From Catajapyx aquilonaris (taxonomy: Eukaryota), in NCBI GenBank assembly GCA_000934665.2, contig KZ538016.1:62001-126000 (forward strand): 64,000 nt of DNA, read 5' to 3'. Position 1 is the first letter of the stretch. Each line of letters opens with the position of its first letter. The notes beneath the pieces are model-generated. The model had not been told where the DNA came from. It saw only the letters and a list, made by a program, of their open reading frames with translations, and ran no database searches. This document shows, one piece after another, positions 26,801 to 37,700 of this stretch. A program made the position numbers and the translations under genes.

Positions 26801-29696
26801 TTCGAATGCGTCTCTCGTCTCACACTTATTCACTTGTTAGGGTTCTCGCACTCACAGCACAAGTTCTCACACTGCATGTTAGTTCGACTCAATCCAGACT
26901 ACATGCTTCATATCACATATCTGCTAGCAAGTGCCCCTCTCCTCTGAGAGACATGTATCTTACAAAATTTTATGAGTACAGCAAAATGTTCACCTGAATC
27001 CATATTCTTCGCCCCTGAGGATCTCGGGAGCAATGTAGTTTGGTGTCCCACAAAAGGTGGAGGTGGTGTCTCCTAGTCGAATTCCTTCCTTGCACATGCC
27101 ATAATCAGTGAGCTTAATATGGCCCTCATGATCAAGAAGAACATTGTCCAGCTTTAAGTCACGATATATGATTCCTGAAACACAGAAGTGCAAGATTTTA
27201 GAATATCTTGTCACCAATAATAATGTCAATGCCATACTGAACAGGAGCAAAAACATACCTTTCTCATGGAGAAAGTTTAACGCCAAGCTAATCTCTGCAG
27301 CATAAAACCTTGCATGTTCTTCTGGTAGTCGCCTCTGCCGCTGCATATGGAACATGAGGTCTCCACCTCGAACGAACTCGATCACAAAGAACAGGCGACT
27401 TGGGGTTTGAAAGCAAGAATGCAGTCCCACCAGGAAGGGGTGGTTTGAAGCTGTCTCAAACACATGCTTCTCGGTCTGAACCCAGTCAATATCCTGAAAT
27501 CAAGCAACGCCATATTAGAAATAGGTCTAATGTCAGAGGAAAACCATCTTAGAGCACCTCACATCATCCTGAGGTCTTTCCACCACAATTACTGATCAGA
27601 AATAATCCTCACTAAGTTATACTCGACTCAATTTGCCAGAAATGACAAAAAGTTGACAATTTGCACAGTAATAAAGCTTTCATTTTTGAAGGTAGCACGT
27701 ATTAATATTCAGTTGTCAACAAAGTCTAATGTGCTTCATTTGCTGTTAAGTTCAGTGGTACGGTAACATCAAAACAACAACTTGACAGTGATTTTTTTCC
27801 TCCTCCAGCAAGGCACCAAAATGGATGGCAAAGATATCTTACAGACGCTGAAACTCCTGAATTCTATCAACAAATTCTATTCTTGGAAAGTAACTTTTTG
27901 TGAACACTGCACTGTAATAGTGATTTCGCTTTTTCCCCCCCATCCAAGTAAGTTTGCTGCGACAGAATATTAACATGTTTGGGAAAATGATAAGGGATTT
28001 CTTCTATAACGTAACTTCTACAATCTAAACTCAATGTGTCTTTTGCTGAAACTTTTCCCTCGTCCCACGGGGATCCCAAAAATAACAAAAGTTTTGCAGA
28101 TGCCCAAGAGGAGGGAAGAAGTCCTACCTCATCATCAGTTACCAAGGCCTTCTTAATGACCTTCATGGCGTATATCCTCCTTGTCTTTTTCAGTTCCACC
28201 ATCAGCACCTTTGCATAGCTGCCACGTCCAATCACCCGGATGAGGTCAAAGTCGTTCAGAGAATACTGCCGTTGGGTACCAGGTTCCAGTGCTTCTTCAG
28301 CTGAAAGGGAGGGCAACACAGTGCAAACAAGCCATGCAACTTAAAGACTTGGTGGCAGGGCAAGGGTAAACAGGGGTTTTAAAAGGGAAGGTCAATTACC
28401 TGCCTTACTTTCATCCACTGCTACAGATCCAGTGGTCTGCTCCAGAGATTCGTCGATGACATACTTGTCTAAAGAAGGTGGCTTCGGGTCTAGGTCTGCA
28501 AGAGGCAGGTTGATAGAATATGAGTGTTGAGGTTCTTCAGAACCAATTGACTGACAGTCAATCACAAGGATAAAGAGGATATACATCAACTTTGGCCAAG
28601 AGAGGTTTCAAAGCAAATACGGTGTACTCCACTACACACTCCACAAGCACGATCACATAAAAACAGTTATAAGACCTTTTTGTACAAGTAACAGATTCAC
28701 ACCACGTCTAAATAACCACTCCACACACTTCTCTCTCTCTCCCTCTCTTTTCAGCATTCATACACTTGGACAAACACGTGATCTTACAAAATCAAGGACG
28801 TTACTGTACAAAGAGGTCATTTCTGCCTATTGACACAAAGTCTCACCTCCGTCTACTTTGCTAGCATCAGGACAAGTTTTGAAGGGACTCTGTTCACCTG
28901 GTGATCGCTCCTCTCTTTTCCCTGCCAACGGAATGTTTGCTTCTACATATACTATGGCAAGGTCTTTTTTTTAAAAAAAAAAATCAAGTTCTCTTGTGTG
29001 GGTGGATATTAAAAACAAAACTTCAAGGGGCAGAAAAGGAAAAAAACTGCAAGACTAACCACTACAGGCCACATCCAGGTTGTCACCATTCTGCCTCCCT
29101 CTTTCGTCATAGGTTGCTGCTACCTGCTCACTATTGCAGGTGATCTTAACCAGCTTGTGACATTTCTTGTGCACCAATAGCTTGCACTGGATGCACTTGA
29201 AGCCCTGCCTGCCCAGCCCCCATATCCGATCATGGCAGAAGGCACAGAAAGCACGCTGAATGGAGGAAGAAAGTGGGCATTAAGGGCCATGAAACATTGC
29301 AGGCACTTTGCAGGTTCCTCCCAAGACACCTACTCTATTGAAACGCTTGGCCTGAAAAATGTGGCCGTTAGCCCTGTAGAGCTTCCTCCACCTCCTGGCG
29401 CCTCGTCTGTATATGCTTCCTGGAAAGTAAATATTTCAGTATTAGGTTCAGGTATTTTGCGCAAGCTGCTTTGCAGCACTACTACTCTCAATGCCTCAGC
29501 TTAAAAACAAATTTGCATGTGCTAATTTGACAGCGCATCGTTTCATTAAAGCTCACCAACACCGCTTCCATGGGAGCACTTTTGGTAACATGGGGTTAAA
29601 ATATTGAGCTACTTTTGACCCTCCCTGAGAAACCTTGGTACTTACTGTCTTCTCCCTGACATGGCATGCCGGGTGCAGGAGGAACATTGGGAAAAA
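23812..29696 (-). CDS. aPKC: Atypical protein kinase C (PKC iota/zeta family), multi-exon, 5'-partial (main PB1 exons not in window)
   Basis: The exon chain 29646-29696, 29334-29419, 29060-29255, (28847-28921 or 28942), 28400-28495, 28128-28300, 27259-27493, 26994-27174, 25874-25992, 25583-25752, [24374-24489 or 24168-24283], 23812-23899 is phase-consistent with GT-AG introns. aPKC hallmarks are present: pseudosubstrate [13 protein letters not shown], a single C1 domain, [27 protein letters not shown], turn motif LTPDD and a Glu-containing hydrophobic motif FEGFEY. Confidence 0.98.
24168..24283 (-). CDS. aPKC: aPKC C-tail exon, variant [39 protein letters not shown](P)
   Basis: 116 nt; acceptor CCCATAG, donor GTAAGT; phase 0-2; 24 of 38 residues identical to variant A by hand alignment. 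Confidence 0.92.
24374..24489 (-). CDS. aPKC: aPKC C-tail exon, variant [39 protein letters not shown](S)
   Basis: 116 nt; acceptor TTCTTCCTTGCAG, donor GTAAGT; phase 0-2; contains PPxKP, NFD and the turn motif. Confidence 0.9.
25583..25752 (-). CDS. aPKC: aPKC kinase C-lobe exon [16 protein letters not shown]...[11 protein letters not shown]
   Basis: 170 nt; acceptor TTTGCAG, donor CTG|GTGAGC. Confidence 0.97.
25874..25992 (-). CDS. aPKC: aPKC kinase exon [39 protein letters not shown]
   Basis: 119 nt, translated by hand (not in the ORF track); acceptor GCAG, donor AAG|GTAAAG. Confidence 0.97.
26994..27174 (-). CDS. aPKC: aPKC kinase exon: catalytic and activation loops, [10 protein letters not shown]...DYGMCKE...[12 protein letters not shown]
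   Basis: 181 nt; acceptor GTTTCAG, donor CAG|GTGAAC. Confidence 0.98.
27259..27493 (-). CDS. aPKC: aPKC kinase exon [13 protein letters not shown]...LNFLHEK
   Basis: 235 nt; acceptor ATTTCAG, donor AAG|GTATGT. Confidence 0.97.
28128..28300 (-). CDS. aPKC: aPKC kinase N-lobe exon (glycine loop [16 protein letters not shown])
   Basis: 173 nt; acceptor TCCCTTTCAG, donor GAG|GTAGGA. Confidence 0.97.
28400..28495 (-). CDS. aPKC: aPKC hinge exon, (D)[31 protein letters not shown]
   Basis: 96 nt; acceptor CCTCTTGCAG, donor CAG|GTAATT; phase 1-1, open and in frame with the kinase exons. Confidence 0.75.
28847..28942 (-). CDS. aPKC: Candidate aPKC hinge cassette exon (...[25 protein letters not shown])
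   Basis: Good donor GAG|GTGAGA. Two possible acceptors give 96 nt (from 28942) or 75 nt (from 28921); both are stop-free and phase 1-1. The peptide itself is not recognisably conserved. Confidence 0.55.
29060..29255 (-). CDS. aPKC: aPKC exon: C1 zinc finger, [36 protein letters not shown]...DVACS
   Basis: 196 nt; acceptor TTCTTCCTCCATTCAG, donor G|GTTAGT; C1 Cys/His pattern. The 3' boundary is less certain than the 5' one. Confidence 0.92.
29334..29419 (-). CDS. aPKC: aPKC exon: pseudosubstrate and start of C1, [28 protein letters not shown]
   Basis: 86 nt; acceptor CTTTCCAG, donor GTAGGT; canonical aPKC pseudosubstrate. Confidence 0.97.
29646..29696 (-). CDS. aPKC: aPKC exon: end of PB1 and linker, (V)[16 protein letters not shown]
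   Basis: 51 nt; acceptor TTGCAG, donor A|GTAAGT; phase 1 at both ends. Confidence 0.95.
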
Positions 29697-31611
29697 CTGC
29701 AATCAAAAACGAAGCGAAAGGATGCATGAGTTGCAGAAAACATGACAAGGCAAGACCTTGAGTCTTTTTAAAATTTCTCTGACTCCATCTGGCCCAGCGA
29801 GACAGAATTTCACGGGGCAAATATTACCTACTGTCACCGACTACTTCTGTCTTTACAAGCAAAAAAGCTACAGCTTCAAGCCAACTGCATTAAATATAAC
29901 TGATATCAAGTTCTCAAGCCTGGCAACATGCTGTGGCTCAGAATATACAGTGCAGGCAATAAGCTGCAGGCCTTTCTAATGGGGGTTCAAGTTTCAACCC
30001 TCTTCGTCTATAATCAAGATTTCATTTTCAGTTGGGGATTTACTGGCAGTGGGCCACCAAGTGGTGTTCGTAAAACAAATGGGGGCTACAAGCACTTGTT
30101 CTCTTGCCTTATTATTCCACCCCCAGTGAAACTATTAATTCTCTTGTTTCAAGTGGCCATTCGGCCCACAATGCTTCAAGTCTGGCTCTAGTTGACTTCA
30201 TGGGCAAAGCAAATAGGGCAGTCAAGGACATATAATAACCGTGGTGTCGGGTTATTATCATAGCACAGTGCATTTAGGAACCTATGAGGCCTACAAGGGG
30301 CACCTATGCTATAAATAGGGTGTTTACATAATGATTCAGAAAACATTGGGAGTGAATTCCTGGTAATCTTCATTATGTCAAGATGTAATTTGGTTTCCAC
30401 ATACTGTCCCCTCTAAATGACACTCGAAATAAAATGCCCAGAAGTTCACCCTCTAGTATGTCAGTATCACTATAAAACACCCTGGAGATTCTACACATTC
30501 ATCATGTCAGTAAGCTATGGAGGATCACCATTCCAGGGAATCTAGCCTCCCTCCCTCCTCTGGGACTTCATTGTAATAGTGTTACCAATGCATGATTTAA
30601 TGATTAGCTGGCTCATTCATGCGACAGAGAAAATTCCATGTAATCTGCGAGTCAATTACTCAAATGGATAAAAAATAAAAAATAAAGCCTCGTCTCTGCA
30701 GCCATGCAGATGACCCGCCAGGACCTGTCAAAGCCATTAATTGTAACCGACAGTCACACCGGATAAATTTTTTAAAGGCATAAGCGAGCAACCATTTGCA
30801 AGCATGCCGATCTCATTGTCAGCTGCATGAAGCGAATTAGAGGCAAGGTATGGATCATTACCACAAAAAAAGCAGGTCCCTTCCAGGGGATGGCAATTTG
30901 AGAGCCTCCTGTGGAGGATCCAAAGGGCACAATAAACCAAGGAAACTGCAACCCATCTCGATCTAATCCGCTCCTTTTCTCAACCTAATCATCCATCCTC
31001 TGAACGTAATGATCCTTCTCAGAGCATGAGGCCCGTATAAGAAGGCAACTTGGGGAAAAGCTTGAGAACAGAACCACCTTTCCCTCATTTCCCTGCTTTT
31101 GCACTTGGTATTGATTCAGTGCAGGAAGACTATTTAACCTCCCGTGGAAATCAGCTTGACTTTCCAATTTGGACGGGGGCTCGGCTCCGTCGGTCGTGGA
31201 TCACAACCTCTAGTACGTGCGGGGATCAGCCCCGATTGTTCCAAGTACAAGTGTTCCTACCACACCCTAAAACCTGTAAAGCCGACGTATGAATAAATAG
31301 CAGGGGCATGTTCCTTATACCTGCGGTCGTCCGCGATTAAGACCCAACCCCTGCTGGGGCAATCGATTTTCATAAGGAACATTGTTTCGGCCACGATGCT
31401 GCAGTTCGTTACGTGCATGTTACGCAATATTTCCCTCCCTTCCAAAATTACGGTTTATTCAGCTGCCCCAATAAATATTTTCGATGCCGCATCGCGCGTC
31501 GCATCCCACGTCAACTATACTACTCTTAAGAATATATGGGTAGAGTGTGTGGGGGTTGTGTGGGGGGTGGGTGTCACAAAGAGTCCCCCGACATTGTTGT
31601 CCTGTCCTTAC

Positions 31612-31726
31612 TGGCTTTGTGTGGTCGGAGGAGCACAGGCGCAAGAGAGAAACCATTGGCAATCCTCCGGAAGGGCAGAGCCACCTCTGAGGAATCCAGG
31701 TCCACGGATCTTCCTCCTCCGCCCAT
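31612..31726 (-). CDS. aPKC: Candidate alternative first coding exon of aPKC, MGGGGRSVDLDSSEVALPFRRIANGFSLAPVLLRPHKA
   Basis: ATG in GTCATGG context with an upstream in-frame TAA. Donor A|GTAAGG is phase 1 and matches the phase-1 acceptor at 29696. Lies in a GC/CpG-rich patch. Confidence 0.6.
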
Positions 31727-34700
31727 GACGCAGCATCCGAAGACCCCCTCCAGCACTTACACCCTACCCGAGAAGAACCATCCACACACTAGCACTGTGG
31801 GCCATGAGGGGCCGCGGAAAACAAGAGGCCTGGCTTTTGCTGGGGTCTAGTTCAGGGCGGGACAGCAGTGGTGGGGGGTCCTGCTGTGCCTGGGCTATAG
31901 CCGGTAGACATCGATCCGCAGCCTGCCTCTGCTTCCGGAGCCCTAGTTGGAAGCTGCCGCCTGCAGGCCACCCCTGTCTATCGGGGAGGAGCCAGGGTGG
32001 GGCAGAGGGGAAAGGAGGGGGCCACCCACACTATAGACGATGATGGCTGGATAGGAGGCGCTTCTGGCTTGTTTTCGTCTTATCGCTTCCCTGTCGATTC
32101 CTTGCGTGTGCCACCACCCGTTAACATGGGGGCACTTGCTATCAACTCACTCGGTCAATCAAAAAAAATGGACTCCCCCCGTGACGTAACCCCTTGCCAA
32201 ATAGTCGCCCCACACTCCCATCAACCGGCCACAAAATGCGCCTGTGCCCCCATATATGACCAAATAAAACAGCTGGATATACGCTTATTTGAGAACTAAC
32301 ACGCTGTCAATATTGCACCCACTGCAGTCGATGTTGCGGGGGGCTGCAAGTCAGCCACGTCTGAATAGGGTCGGCCCCCCTTATCAAATTAATTGTGAAG
32401 TCAATGTTGCGGGAGTGAACACCGAGTCATTACACAAGTACTCGAATTACAGCTTGCAACTATCTGAATTACTCGTTGAGCACACCAACACGATGTACAA
32501 TCTACCAATAAAAATTAAATGAAAAAATTCCCTCAGCAGCTCCGTAATCAGCAAAAGTGATTAGCATCAGACGCTGCTAATGAGATGTGAAAGGCACGTG
32601 CATCTAAACCACAAACGGTGGCAATAAAAACTAATTTGAAAGGTACCATCCATTCTTCCCCCCTTCTCTCGACAAAGTTCCCCCTGTGCAAAGCGAATGG
32701 AATGGGAGCGGTTTTCCCCACAGTTGATGAAAACAGCGACGTGTAGGTGGTGCTCGGGTCTACTATAAGGCATCTCTCTTTATACAAGCACTGTGGTTGC
32801 TACTCCGATTGTCCAAAATAAATCGATGTCATGTAATCATTGAATTCCTCCCCACCTCAGCTCCGGCATTAAAAAGTCGTCAGGTTAATTCAACTACCGG
32901 TATGCGGCATACTTGACACGTGTATCACGTACAAACCCCCCGTCAAAATCTGATCGATCCCCGCGGAAATTACGTCCCTCTCACTCAGGTGGAAGGGGGA
33001 AAAACCTGTGACAAATTCGCCAAAAAAATCGATGGCTTAACCGAAATTACTGCCATGCACACCAGCATTGTCCCACGCACAGATTGTGCATTTCGCACCC
33101 AGGCTTTCAGTTGCACGTGCTAATCTTCAGGATTTTGCGAGCCGGCGGCGGGCGTCAGTAGCCATGGATACAGCAGTTTTAAAAACACCGTCTATTCCTG
33201 GACGTCCTCTGGGTGTCCTTCCCTGCGAAGTCAATCATCCCCCTCGGTCCCCAAGAGTGTCGTACAAATGTCTATACAAAAAGAAGCGTCCGAGGTGCGT
33301 GCTTATTACTGTCCAAGGTTGCCACACGACGTGGGTCGAATTCATGTCAGGGAGGTTTTCCGGAATAATCGGGGACGCCGCAGTGTCCATTAACATTCTT
33401 ATGCAAACTTGCCGTCCCAATAATTTGACCCGCACATCACGTCTGATGTCATAGTAAAGTTTGGACTGGCCACTTGGACAGTGCTTACAGAAACACTCCT
33501 CTGCCCCAATTCCCAGGAGCGGCCTTGATATTACCAATTCCGGGTAATGCCAAAGGCTCGAGAACTACTTATTCCTAAAATAGAGACGGCAGGCCCAGCG
33601 TGAAATGCGGCGACAGGTCCAATTTCGCGAATATTAATCCCTCAACTGGGCAAGCTGACGAGAGGCGTCATCTGCGGCAACCTCTGAACCACCAGCTCCA
33701 GCTATGAACGTGGAGGGAGAATCTCTCACCAAAGTCGATACGAGAGAACCTCACTTTCCACAGAAATGTACCAGCCACATTTCCCAATGATGATACGCAG
33801 CAGCCCATGTGATAGTACACAGACATTTGCGCATTTTCTAGACGGAAAGTATTCAAAAATTTTCATCCAGCTATATGTTGACGTAATAGTATTCGGCTAT
33901 TAGCGTGGCAACCGAAAATAAATCTTCAGACCAAATTCCTGCAGACATAATTGAGATGGGAGTGGGCGGGTTTTATAATAAAAAAACCCCGAGCAATTTC
34001 TCCTTCCATAATTTAGTGTGGGAGGACACCCTTCCCCCCCAATAGTGTCGCAGCTTTTGCAATATCCTCGGATCTCTTTCACACCCTCGTAGCTATGTTA
34101 TCTGGAGCATAATTTACAGCGGCGTCACCCCCTTATTGCTGACGGAGGCTCCTCATTTCCTCCCTCCCCCGCCTTAAAAAAAAAAGAATGCTGTTAGGAT
34201 TCACGTCGCAAACGAAACGTCAATGAAGTCGCTCGTTTCTGCAGAATTGCACTCAATTCAAGGAGAGAAAGGCCGTATCAAATAATATCAACTTTAGGAA
34301 GTGGAGCACCCATTCCATTATTAGTATTAACACCCATATCGCACAATTAGGGAATTTAAAAATACGCGAGTAATTTCCTGGGAATAAGCACTTGGCACGT
34401 CGATCCAGTACAACTGGGACTGGCTGACTTAATTAAGCCTGTAATTTGAATGGGATATAGCACTCTGGAGTTAGACGAAGGGGTTTCTGCTGGCCCCTTC
34501 AAAACTTTCTGCTGTTGGCAACACAAAGGGAAAAGGCTTTCTTGGCTCATCTCCGCACCTCGTTTCCTCCTTTCGGAGGCTTCGACTCATCTCAACGCAG
34601 TAATTCGGAAACCCATTTCCGCTCGTTATGGGCCCAAAGTGAAGGGGCTAGAGATCAAAGGTTCTCACGTAGACGGCCGCCTCTTTTTTGAACCCTCCAA

Positions 34701-37700
34701 AAAAGCACTCATTAAAACGAAATTCCACACTCGAGGGAGAGGCCCGCCACTTTCACAGAAATCAAGTCCAGTGTACAAGAAGTTATACAAGAAAATTAGA
34801 GCGCGAAAGGAATTTCCTTTGAAGGGACTACACTTGACGAATCCCAACTTGATCCCTCCAACCGCGCGTTACTTCTAGGCAAAAAGACGCTTTGTTCCAA
34901 AACATTTGCTTCCAGAAAGTTGCTTCCAATAGTTAAAAAAAAGAGAGAGCTAGGTTCTAGTTTCAAGGCAGTCCGCAGTCTGATCGATTGCAGAAAAAAA
35001 GTGCTTATATAAAGAAAGCAGGCCAGTGTCCATTCACGAATCTGGCCAGGGGCACTTCATTAATTTCGGCGTAGCACCGCAGATTTCTTTGATCGTCGGC
35101 AGTGAGAGGGCCCAGATTTTGTAACAAATTCCAGTGGGCCATTAGAGGCAATTCGGCTGATCCGAGCGGACCCGGCTTCCAAAGCCCCGTAGCTCCGGTG
35201 ATATGTGTCGCCACCAATGTTCCGCAAGTCCAAACCCACGACTCGAATCGGACTATACGGTGGTGCCACCAACTAAAATTCGCTGGACATACTGGCTCTG
35301 ACAAAAACTAGTCGTGGACAAATACTCACAAGGAGGTACGTGCAACAGCTTGGAATTTCCTGCGAAACCTGCCTAGACTGGCACAACTTCCTGCACGAGG
35401 CATGTGTACTTGTCTCTTACGTAAATCGCGTTGTCAGGGAGTTGAATAACGCTATCGCTCAAAAGCACACAAGGGGAGCCGAGAGATAAGATAATGTATC
35501 CTTCGCGATTCATTAGCGGAAAAGGCAGAGATTTCGGCCCATTCCTAAACTGCCAGTTAATCCGAGCTTAATGAAAATCCACGCTACTCACGTCCGTTCC
35601 GCACAATGCACTGTATATAATACACCCGGCGGGCATCCATTTTTCACCCTGAGGGAGATTTTAACGCGCCGCAGAGCTGAGTACCAGGCATTCATCTTGG
35701 GGAAAATTTTCAAACAGGAGGAAAAGCCTTTTGGAATTGACCGGAGACGTAGCCATCATGGCATAAACGACGTAGACAACAGCCCCTGAATTGCTCCCAT
35801 CCCCTCCCTCCTCCACTGGAAATCGCTTCGTCTCCGAAGAAAAATGACGGCGATAGCGAGCTCCATTCGAGACCCAAGATTTACTTCCGCCGGCTATTCA
35901 TCAGAGTATCATAAAAGCCGAGACTACGAGCCACATTAGCGACATGCACTGTGCAAAGATCGCTATTTACGGCTGTGAATTTCGGGGGCTTCGAGGGATT
36001 GGTTCGTTTCCCATGCTTTTAGGTGCGGGCCCGGAGGATAAATAAATCACGAGGTGGGGGGGGGGGGGGGTTGCATGGAGGGCATCGCAATGCTGCTAGA
36101 AGCTAGAGGACACCAATTTAAGGGGGAAGTCCAAGAGATGGATAGGTTGGCGCCTCCAGAGGAGCCAGCCTTTGATCTCCCAGCCTGAGGCTATCCATCT
36201 ATCTGCCTTTCCTTGGACCTCCCCAATTCCCACCTTCCCATATATGTCACTGGCTGTGTGTTTAACTCTTTTCCGATGGCCGTCTCCAAATCATGCATCA
36301 TACATCAAAGTCGAATGTACTTTCTGCCCTCTGCACTCCCCGAAATGTCACACGCGGCCTCTTTAAAGTTTTCTGTTGCAACATGCAGCCTTCTATACAT
36401 GGTCAGTACTCTATCCATGTAAACGCTGCTGGGCAGGTGCTGGGGAAGGTTATGGGTAAGGCCAACCGGGGCAAGGTCAGTTCGTTTTATGTCAGCCGTA
36501 AAAAGCCTGCAGTGTCCATTCCAGAGAGGTGTTACTGTATCAAACCCGAGCTGCAAGAAGCCGATTCGAAACACACGGGCTCATCCTCCCACCGGGCACC
36601 CAATGAATTAAAACGAAACAAATGATTCATTAGAAAAGCGGCTAATAAAACCACACCAGGCCGTAACTCACCAGGGGATTATGCACCGCACTATTTGCGA
36701 CGTAGACTGCTGTATAATTCACGCCAAAATGTGGGTGCGCGGGCCGGAGCTCCGCTAGTATTCCCCTCTGAATGTAATGTGACTGCGAGCAACAAGTCTG
36801 AAGGTTATGGTAATGGGACAAAAGGAAACCAAATTAACCTGGAGCAAGGTCCATTTCCCGTACCCCTAAACGCCGACTTTCCCCCTGCAGAAATGAGCCC
36901 TCGGCCATCGGTCCCAAGTCGGCCATCGGTGACGGAATGCTCATCGGCTGCAGCTCCCAGCACTAAAACCTAGTCATAACATTAAGAACCACTTGACGAG
37001 TGTCCTGGTGTGTGTTCGCTCCGTTCCTAATGAAATGGTTCCGTGCAAGCTGAACACAGTAGCGCAGGCTGCCAAGGGATGGAACGGAAAGTCCTCATCT
37101 ACTTACAGCACGCCTCAAGATATTTCTTAGGAGCACAACAGAAAGGCCCGGCACGCTATACGACCTCCCCCCCCCCCCCCCCAACANATAATATTGGCCG
37201 AAAAACCATGCGGCATTTTCTACCTGAAAGGTCAGCCGCAGCGGCATCCCATTCCATCAGCGTGGCGGATGCGATAAAAAAATTGCGGCGATCATGAAAG
37301 GGGGGCTGCGGTTTTTAGACAATTTACCTATTGGGTGGGCTTATGTACAGGGCCAGAACCAGGTGCAGAGACAAACTTTTTAAGATGATTTCCGGAATCT
37401 TATCCGTTTTTTTTTTCTTTTCTTGCCCCTTTATCGAGGAGAAGTCCGGAGCCTGGCACTACAAACCGTCCTCCAAAAAATCGTTCAACTTTTATAGCCC
37501 CAAAACTTACGAATGGAATATTTTTACACAAATACTTTCAGCCGCATTGGATTCAGGACTCCAAAGTTAGTGTGGTTCGACTTCCAGCAATCATGCCAAT
37601 TCTTTTTTATGGCACCAGGGAAACTCTTCCACAAAACACTTCGCCAGAAAGTTTAGGACTACTGCTCTCCACAATAGCGTATGACACACACTGAAACAAT

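Noticed and set aside
1783..37187. Long G/C homopolymers (1783-1799, 9323-9339, 36056-36070, 37167-37182) and N bases at 9330 and 37187
   Set aside because: Simple homopolymers with associated base-calling ambiguity; no evidence of function.
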